Shown piece by piece: positions 57,706 to 64,000 of a stretch of 64,000 nt of DNA; positions within the stretch are counted from its first letter, which is position 1, and each line of letters opens with the position of its first letter. Source of the DNA: an uncultured bacterium (lineage in GTDB: Bacteria > Bacillota_I > Bacilli_A > RFN20 > CAG-826); assembly GCA_949285455.1 (NCBI GenBank), contig CASDXP010000004.1, positions 5,609-69,608 on the forward strand, written 5' to 3'. The notes beneath the pieces are model-generated. The model was not told where the DNA came from. It searched no databases and saw nothing but the letters and a program-made list of their open reading frames with translations. The position numbers and the translations under genes were made by a program.

Positions 57706-58575
57706 ATGAAAAAACTTAAAACTCTTATCTTACCAGCATTAGCCGCGACGTTCTTAGTCGGCTGTGGTTCCCCAAATGGCACTGATTTCATCAACGGGGA
57801 TACGGCTAAAGAATCTATATATGCTTTTGAAGCTGTCACTTCCATCGGTCTATTAAGTGAGGCTAACACCAGTGCGAATCCACAAGGTTTAAGAAAAGCT
57901 ATCCAAGTTGATCAAACTCTCGTCGATTCATTAAATACTTACTTACCGACGATCGAAAGCGCACTTAAAGGTGAAAGCTTACTCACTAATACGGAAGTGA
58001 TGACGAGCGATGATCCTAATTATCAAGTAAAACAAGTTATTACTTACTCGGATATGAATCTACAAACGTCTACCATCACGATGTATTATAACGAAACGAT
58101 TATACCGGATGATGATTGGGACGACGATGATGATTGGGATGATGAACAAGAACAAGAATCTTACATCGAAGGTGTCATCTTAGTCGATGGTGTCTCCTAC
58201 CGTATGAGAGGTGAAAAAGAATTAGAAGGTGATGAATACGAAGTTAACTTCCGTTACATCTTAGACGATACTTCTTACATCTTAGTGGAACAAGAAATTG
58301 AACGTGGCGAAACTGAATTTGCCTACACTCTCGTTCAAAATGGTCGTAAAGTTTACGAATATAGTTTAGAAATCGAAGGCCATGAAGTCTCATTAGAGAT
58401 GGAAAGTGGAAGAAGTGAATATGAAATGACTTTCTTCCTCACCAGTCGCGATGGTAAAAATCTCATCGGTTGTCACTTAGAAGATGGACGCGATGAAGAA
58501 ACTATCTTCTTTGAAAAGATCGTATCGGCCGAAGGTCAAGTTACTTATCAACAATACCTCCCTACTACCAAATAA
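57706..58575 (+). CDS. Acidic lipoprotein paralogous to the anti-sigma extracytoplasmic domain
   Basis: Lipobox FLVGC. It shares ordered blocks with the 56417 ORF: GLRK..I/V, YYNE..., DDDWDDD / DDNDWDEDE, and alternating E-rich beta-like segments. Confidence 0.7.
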   Translation: MKKLKTLILPALAATFLVGCGSPNGTDFINGDTAKESIYAFEAVTSIGLLSEANTSANPQGLRKAIQVDQTLVDSLNTYLPTIESALKGESLLTNTEVMTSDDPNYQVKQVITYSDMNLQTSTITMYYNETIIPDDDWDDDDDWDDEQEQESYIEGVILVDGVSYRMRGEKELEGDEYEVNFRYILDDTSYILVEQEIERGETEFAYTLVQNGRKVYEYSLEIEGHEVSLEMESGRSEYEMTFFLTSRDGKNLIGCHLEDGRDEETIFFEKIVSAEGQVTYQQYLPTTK

Positions 58576-58610
58576 ATACCACTCTTAGTAAGTAGACTTT
58601 CGGAATTAAT

Positions 58611-58640
58611 AAGGTAGGCTCTAAAGAGCCTACTTTTTTC
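58611..58640 (+). terminator. Intrinsic terminator
   Basis: GTAGGCTCT-aa-AGAGCCTAC followed by TTTTTT. Confidence 0.85.
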
Positions 58641-58766
58641 CTCCATATTTAGTATCATATTTGTTCTATTCTGTTGATAGACAATAAAAATAACGCTATG
58701 TTATAGATGCTATGTAGTTCCTAGCGGATATGGTCCGAGGGTAGGACCTAAAAAAAGAAATCCCGA

Positions 58767-59189
58767 ATGATAGCTTGGTTAACCAAGCTTTTATTTATGC
58801 CTAAAATAGAATTAAGAAAATTGACGCAAAAATTTTATGATGATTATCCACAGAGTCTTTATCCTGAAATCGAATATAAATTAGGAAGACCTTACGTTAT
58901 TTTGCTCGTCAAAATTAGAAAAAAGACTTTTGCGATTCCTTTTCGCACAAATATAAAACATTCAAGTTGTTATAAATTCAAAAGCACTAAGCGAATCACC
59001 AACTCATCAACTGGTTTAGACTTTTCAAAAGCCGTAGTCATTATTAAAAAAGAACATTTAAGTGATTTAACGTATATTGATAACAAAGAATATGTTTATG
59101 ATTACGTTCATTACAAAAGATATGGTGGAAATAAATATATTGAAAAACGTTATCGATACACGACACTTAAGTATTTCAACATTGACTAG
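58767..59189 (+). CDS. Basic small protein resembling type III toxin-antitoxin endoribonuclease toxins (ToxN/AbiQ/TenpN-like), tentative
   Basis: GRPYVILLVKIRKKTFAIPFRTNIKH...GLDFSKAVVI...YTTLKYF resembles my recollection of the RPY...F.IP.RS.I.H...GLD.SKA pattern. The likely true start is ATG 58797, after the palindrome. Confidence 0.35.
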   Translation: MIAWLTKLLFMPKIELRKLTQKFYDDYPQSLYPEIEYKLGRPYVILLVKIRKKTFAIPFRTNIKHSSCYKFKSTKRITNSSTGLDFSKAVVIIKKEHLSDLTYIDNKEYVYDYVHYKRYGGNKYIEKRYRYTTLKYFNID

Positions 59190-59212
59190 ATTAATAAAAT
59201 TTTAAGTTAAAC

Positions 59213-61702
59213 TTATTTGACGCCGTAGCCTGCTTCTTTAATTGCAACTTTAATCTTTGCTTCGTCAAGATGTTCGCCTTTGATCGTAGTCTTTCCATCT
59301 TTTAAAGAAACATCGACACTAGTGACGCCTTCTAAAGCTTCGATTGCTTTTAAAACATGCATCTTACAATGTTCACACATCATACCGGTGACGATAAGAG
59401 TAAGTTCTTCCATTGGTCTTTCCTCCTTTCTTTCTATATTAATATGTTCAACTTTCTTTATTTTAAAGAAATTGATAGTTAAAGCATTTAAAACGACGAA
59501 GACGCTTGAAAATGACATGCAGAGTGCACCGATCATCGGCGTTAATTTAATACCGAAGGATGGATAGAATGCGCCTGTGGCAAGTAAGACACCGACGACG
59601 TTATAAATAAACGCCCAAAATAAGTTTAAGGCAATGGTGATCATCGTACGTCTTGAAAGTCTTATGACGTTAGCGACATCTAATAATGAATCTTTAATTA
59701 AGATAATGTCGCTCGATTCGATAGCGACATCGCTTCCACCTCCTATAGCGATACCAATATCAGCACTCATGAGGGCAGGAGCGTCGTTAACGCCATCGCC
59801 GACCATCGCCACTAAGCCTTTATTAAAATGCTTAGCTTTCGTCTCATCAACTATTTTCTTCTTCTCATCTGGCTTTACTTCAGCGATGATATTTTCTATA
59901 CCGACTTCATTTGCAATCGCGCGAGCGCTTTTTTCCTTATCGCCTGTAAGCATAATGACTTCGATACCGCGTTTTTTAAATAAAGCAATCGCTTGTTTTG
60001 CATCTTCTTTAATTTCATCTTTGATGGCGAGTAACGCTAAGATTTTTTTGTTTTTAGTTAAGAACAAAGTAGTTTTACCTTGGCTTTGTAAAGTAAGATA
60101 CGTTTCTTTTATTTGTTCGTCTAAGTTAAGTAAACCTCGATCATTTCCAAGATAAATTTCTTCATCTATATAAGTAGCAATTAAACCTTGTCCTTCAATC
60201 ATTTTAAAATTTTTGATAGGTAGAGTTTCTTCATCTTTAAAATGAGTTGTGATAGCTTTCGCAAGTGGGTGATTTGAATAAGTTTCTAACGAATAAATAA
60301 GTTGATTGATTAAATCTTTATCTTCATCAAAATAGATGATGTCTGTAACATTTGGATGGCCTTTTGTAATAGTGCCAGTTTTATCTAATAAAATAGTTTT
60401 AATTGCACTTGAATGCTCTAAAATCTCCGCATTTTTAATAATTAAACCGGCTTTTGCTCCTTTTCCGACACTGACCATGATGGCGACTGGTGTCGCTAAA
60501 CCAAGAGCGCAGGGGCATGCGATGACTAGGGTAGAGATAGCGAAATTAAAGGCATCTTCAAATGGATATGAAGCGGAAATAAAGCCGATGAAAGTTGCGA
60601 TTGATATAAGTAAGATGATAGGAACGAACCATAAAGCTATTTTATCGACGAGTTTAGAAATTGGAGCTTTAGAGTTCGATGCTTCTTCGACAAGTTTAAC
60701 GATTGTTTGAAATGATGTGTCTTCATATTTTTTGGTGGCTTTAATGTGAACGTAACCTGATTCTAAAGTAGTGGATGCAAAAACTTCATCATCATTTTGC
60801 TTGTAGACAGGTATTGATTCACCAGTAATATTAGCTTCCATGAATGAACCATTACCTTTGATGATCTTTCCATCGATTGGAACCATATCGCCTTGTTTAA
60901 TGACGATGATATCACCGATACCTACTTCATTTACGTCTTTAACAATTTCTTTATCGTTTTCTAAAACGTTAGCCTTTTTAGGTGAAAGATTAATAAGTTT
61001 AGAAATAGCATCAGTGGTCTTGTTTTTGGCGAGATGTTCGAAATATTTACCTAAGCTTACTAAAGTAAGAATCATCGCGACGCTATCGAAATATAAATTA
61101 TGAACGTAAGTATGTACTAAATCTAAGTCCCCATGACCTAAACCATAGCCAATCATGAAGATAGCGACAATGCCATAAATTAAAGAAGCGCTCGCTCCTA
61201 AAGCGACGAGTGAATCCATGTTCGGGTGCAATTTAAATAATTTTTTAAAACCACTCGTAAAATAATGTGCATAGAAAATTAGAGAAGGTAAAGTTAATAA
61301 AAGTTGTGAGAAAGCGAGAATTAAAGCATTTTCATCACCGACGAAAAAGAAGGGCTGAGGCCAATTGAACATTGGGCCCATGGCAAAATAAAATAAAGCG
61401 ATCATGAAGATGAAAGCAATGATTAATTTGATTAATTGATAATCTTTTTTCTTCTTCGAAGAACTTATCTCTTTGCTAACATTATTTTCATCTTTTAGAT
61501 TAGCGTCGTAACCTACTTTTTGAACAGCTTTGATAATGTCTTCAATGTTCAATTTAGTTTCATCAAAATCTACTTCCATCGAATTGGTGAGCAAGTTGAC
61601 GTTACAACTTTTAACACCATCTAATTTGCTAACAGCATGGTCGACGTGAGCTTGGCAAGATGCACAACTCATCCCGATGATATCAAATTGTTTTTTCATC
61701 AA
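59213..61702 (-). CDS. copA: Copper-translocating P1B-type ATPase with HMA domains at both termini
   Basis: 829 aa with N-terminal GMSCASCQAH, the CPC TM motif (ACPCALGLA), DKTGT, GDGVNDAP, and an additional C-terminal HMA domain (GMMCEHCKMH). Confidence 0.93.
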   Translation of the reverse strand: MMKKQFDIIGMSCASCQAHVDHAVSKLDGVKSCNVNLLTNSMEVDFDETKLNIEDIIKAVQKVGYDANLKDENNVSKEISSSKKKKDYQLIKLIIAFIFMIALFYFAMGPMFNWPQPFFFVGDENALILAFSQLLLTLPSLIFYAHYFTSGFKKLFKLHPNMDSLVALGASASLIYGIVAIFMIGYGLGHGDLDLVHTYVHNLYFDSVAMILTLVSLGKYFEHLAKNKTTDAISKLINLSPKKANVLENDKEIVKDVNEVGIGDIIVIKQGDMVPIDGKIIKGNGSFMEANITGESIPVYKQNDDEVFASTTLESGYVHIKATKKYEDTSFQTIVKLVEEASNSKAPISKLVDKIALWFVPIILLISIATFIGFISASYPFEDAFNFAISTLVIACPCALGLATPVAIMVSVGKGAKAGLIIKNAEILEHSSAIKTILLDKTGTITKGHPNVTDIIYFDEDKDLINQLIYSLETYSNHPLAKAITTHFKDEETLPIKNFKMIEGQGLIATYIDEEIYLGNDRGLLNLDEQIKETYLTLQSQGKTTLFLTKNKKILALLAIKDEIKEDAKQAIALFKKRGIEVIMLTGDKEKSARAIANEVGIENIIAEVKPDEKKKIVDETKAKHFNKGLVAMVGDGVNDAPALMSADIGIAIGGGSDVAIESSDIILIKDSLLDVANVIRLSRRTMITIALNLFWAFIYNVVGVLLATGAFYPSFGIKLTPMIGALCMSFSSVFVVLNALTINFFKIKKVEHINIERKEERPMEELTLIVTGMMCEHCKMHVLKAIEALEGVTSVDVSLKDGKTTIKGEHLDEAKIKVAIKEAGYGVK

Positions 61703-61983
61703 TCTGAATACCTATTGATAAGTGTTTGTATTTCAAAGACGATGGAAGTATCGCCATCTTCAATAGCTTTGCTAATGCAAGAATGAAGATGTTTTTCTAG
61801 CATTAAATTTGCGATGCTTCTTAAAGCTTTAGAGGCTGCGAGCAATTGGATGATGATATCTTCGCAGTAGCGATCTTCGTCGATCATCGTTTCGATACCT
61901 TTAATTTGACCTTTGATACGAGCGAGACGATTTTTTAAAGTTGTTTTTGTTTCTTCATCACGAATCGTTTTCTTTTCTTTCAT
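61699..61983 (-). CDS. csoR: CsoR-family copper-sensing transcriptional repressor
   Basis: 94 aa with the RIKGQIKGIE motif and the C...H-x3-C ligand pattern (YCEDI ... HLHSC). Overlaps the copA start by 4 nt. Confidence 0.88.
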   Translation of the reverse strand: MKEKKTIRDEETKTTLKNRLARIKGQIKGIETMIDEDRYCEDIIIQLLAASKALRSIANLMLEKHLHSCISKAIEDGDTSIVFEIQTLINRYSD

Positions 61984-62012
61984 ACGTCTTTCCTTCTTTC
62001 GTTTTTTATAAT

Positions 62013-62029
62013 ATACCCCTATTAGGTAT
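62013..62029. promoter_or_regulatory. Candidate CsoR operator inside the csoR-copA promoter spacer
   Basis: ATACC-CCTATTA-GGTAT inverted repeat. On the minus strand it lies between TTGCTT (-35) and TATTAT (-10), which have 17-nt spacing. Confidence 0.6.
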
Positions 62030-62097
62030 AAAGCAAGTTAGATGATTTTTACTTTAAAAAATGTTTTAATGGTATTAAGAAAAAAAGGAGAATTTAT

Positions 62098-63729
62098 ATG
62101 CACGTTGTCATCGTAGGTGGGAATGCTTTAGGCGCCTCTTTAGCGGCAAGACTTAGAAGATTAGATGAATTAGTAAAAATCACTATCGTCGAAAAGAAAA
62201 ATTACGTCAGCTTCGCAAATTGTGGTCTACCTTATTTTTTAAGTGAAATTATTCCTAGTAAAGATAAGTTATTTGTCACACCTGTAGAAGAACTTAAAAC
62301 TAAATATAACTTAGAAGTATTAACGGAATGTGAAATGCTATCTTTAAATTGTGAAGATAAGAAAATCATCGTCTCACATTTTGGTAAATTACAAGAAATT
62401 CATTTCGATGAACTCGTCTTAGCGATGGGAGCAAAAAATAATGTCCCACCTATAAAAGGATTAGAAGAAGTGGAATATTTTTCTTTGAACAACGTCGAAG
62501 ATGCACTAAGTTTAAAAGAAAATTTAAAAGATAAAAATAAGATTGCTATCGTAGGTGCTGGATTCATCGGTTTAGAAATTTTAGATAATATTTTTGATGA
62601 TGAAAAAGAAATTCATCTTTTTGAGGCGAGCGAAAGAATCGCTAATATGGATGAAGATATGTCTTTAATTATAAATAATGCACTTGTTTCTAGCGGGTTA
62701 CATCTCCATTTGAATTCGTTCGTAACAAATGTAAGAAAAGAAGATGAAAAGGTAGTTTTAATTGATAATCATGGTCAAGAAGATCGATTTGATACTTTAA
62801 TTATCGTCACGGGAGTAAGACCTAATATCGATTCTATCAAAGATAGTGGTTTAGAACTTATCGACGATAGATTTATTAAAGTTGATGAGAATTTAAGAAC
62901 AACTCACCCACATATTTACGCAGGGGGAGATTTGATTTTATCAAAAGATTTTATTTCCCATAATGAAGTTTATGTCCCTTTAGCGGGCTACGCTAATAAG
63001 GATGCAAGAATTATTGCTAATAACATCATGAACTTAAAAGAAAGAAGACCAGAAGTGCTTAGAACAAGTATTTTTAAATTATTTAATCTAGCGATTGGTC
63101 GAGTTGGTTTAAGCGAAGATGAAGTGAAGAAATTAGGTTATAAATATCAAGCTTTATATTCTTTACCTTTCAATCATGTCTCTTATTATCCAGGAGCGAG
63201 CCGTCTATTTATGAAAGTCATCTTTAAAGACGATGGGCTCATCTTAGGCGCGACTATCATTTCTAATGTCGATGTGGCAAGAAAGATTGATACCTTAAGC
63301 GCACTTATGCGCAAGAATGGGACTTATAAAGATTTGATGGATATCGATTTATCTTATTCGCCAGCCTTTGGAAGTGCAAAAGATGGTTTAAATATGTTAG
63401 GTTTCATGTTCGATAATATGAAAAGATTAAATTTAAAAGTGATTGATCCATTAAGTTTTTATAGGAATAAAGATGAATATTACATCCTAGATGTAAGAGC
63501 AAGAAATGATTACAGAAAATTCCATTTTAAAAACGCTATTAACGTTCCATTTAGTGAACTTAGAAATAATTTAGATAAATTAGATAAATCGAAGATGATT
63601 TACGTCATTTGTTATACCGGTGTATCTTCTTATAATTCTTGCCGCATTTTGATGAATCATGGATTTAAATGCACGAATGTTCTAGGTGGGCATACTTATT
63701 TATCTTTGATGAACTTGATGAGAAATTAA
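62098..63729 (+). CDS. CoA-disulfide reductase / NAD(P)H persulfide reductase-type flavoprotein with C-terminal rhodanese domain
   Basis: 543 aa with N-terminal FAD motif VVIVGGNALG, redox Cys in SFANCGLPY, a second GAGFIGLE motif, and a C-terminal rhodanese-like segment with VICYTGVSS. Confidence 0.85.
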   Translation: MHVVIVGGNALGASLAARLRRLDELVKITIVEKKNYVSFANCGLPYFLSEIIPSKDKLFVTPVEELKTKYNLEVLTECEMLSLNCEDKKIIVSHFGKLQEIHFDELVLAMGAKNNVPPIKGLEEVEYFSLNNVEDALSLKENLKDKNKIAIVGAGFIGLEILDNIFDDEKEIHLFEASERIANMDEDMSLIINNALVSSGLHLHLNSFVTNVRKEDEKVVLIDNHGQEDRFDTLIIVTGVRPNIDSIKDSGLELIDDRFIKVDENLRTTHPHIYAGGDLILSKDFISHNEVYVPLAGYANKDARIIANNIMNLKERRPEVLRTSIFKLFNLAIGRVGLSEDEVKKLGYKYQALYSLPFNHVSYYPGASRLFMKVIFKDDGLILGATIISNVDVARKIDTLSALMRKNGTYKDLMDIDLSYSPAFGSAKDGLNMLGFMFDNMKRLNLKVIDPLSFYRNKDEYYILDVRARNDYRKFHFKNAINVPFSELRNNLDKLDKSKMIYVICYTGVSSYNSCRILMNHGFKCTNVLGGHTYLSLMNLMRN

Positions 63730-63833
63730 CTTAAAAAGAACAAATAGGTGACTAATTTACCTCTTTAATAATATTTTTCTATTAATTAGAAAAAGTTTTC
63801 ATCTATAATAAAGTTAACAGGTAGGTATGTTCT

Positions 63834-64000
63834 ATGGATGAAAATTTAAAGCCTCTATTTACCCCTTGGAAAATTGGAAACGTCGAAATTAAAAATCGTA
63901 TCGTTTTATGTCCGATGGGTGGAACTTCTCTTTTCGGCTGGATGAGACCGAACAGTTTCGATGAAACAGCCGCGAACTTTTTCTTAGAAAGAGCTAAACA
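63834..64000 (+). CDS. NADH:flavin oxidoreductase (Old Yellow Enzyme family), N-terminal fragment at window edge
   Basis: MDENLKPLFTPWKIGNVEIKNRIVLCPMGG... is a typical OYE/2,4-dienoyl-CoA reductase N-terminus. Confidence 0.7.
   Translation, partial: MDENLKPLFTPWKIGNVEIKNRIVLCPMGGTSLFGWMRPNSFDETAANFFLERAK

Noticed and set aside
59280-61103. Series of plus-strand ORFs (87-173 aa) opposite copA
   Set aside because: They are antisense to a well-supported P-type ATPase. Ser/Ile/Leu-rich mirror translations like these are typical of antisense frames.

Overview
AT-rich chromosomal window from a low-GC Bacillota / wall-less-Firmicute-like anaerobe. It uses the standard genetic code: TGA is used as a stop and the tRNA-Trp has a CCA anticodon. 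About 60 protein genes are supported. The first third is housekeeping (maf, rnj, def, rsmD, pdxK, proS, cysK-cysE, eno) with three tRNAs (Ser-GCU, Ser-CGA, Trp-CCA). An IS1182-family element with a frameshifted transposase sits directly after eno. Downstream of tRNA-Trp is an accessory-looking block. It contains a SAM-I (S-box) riboswitch controlling an uncharacterised N-formylglutamate-amidohydrolase-like protein. It also holds an XRE / YjbR-PUA-like / HD (small alarmone hydrolase-like) / membrane-XRE cluster and a 1020-aa WYL-like + SF1 helicase + PD-(D/E)xK nuclease fusion that looks like a single-gene defence candidate. After that come a rex-adhE unit fused to an Hfs/HydS-type sensory [FeFe]-hydrogenase cluster with rubredoxin, and an ECF sigma/anti-sigma pair with a paralogous acidic lipoprotein and a shared upstream motif. 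The window ends with a possible type III toxin-like ORF, csoR-copA, and a CoA-disulfide reductase-rhodanese fusion. Smaller observations include a G7 tract inside a promoter spacer, an EF-G paralogue lacking the catalytic His, a kinase-less KdpD-like protein and a possibly leaderless cysK. All calls rest on reading the sequence and recalled family motifs; no searches were run.
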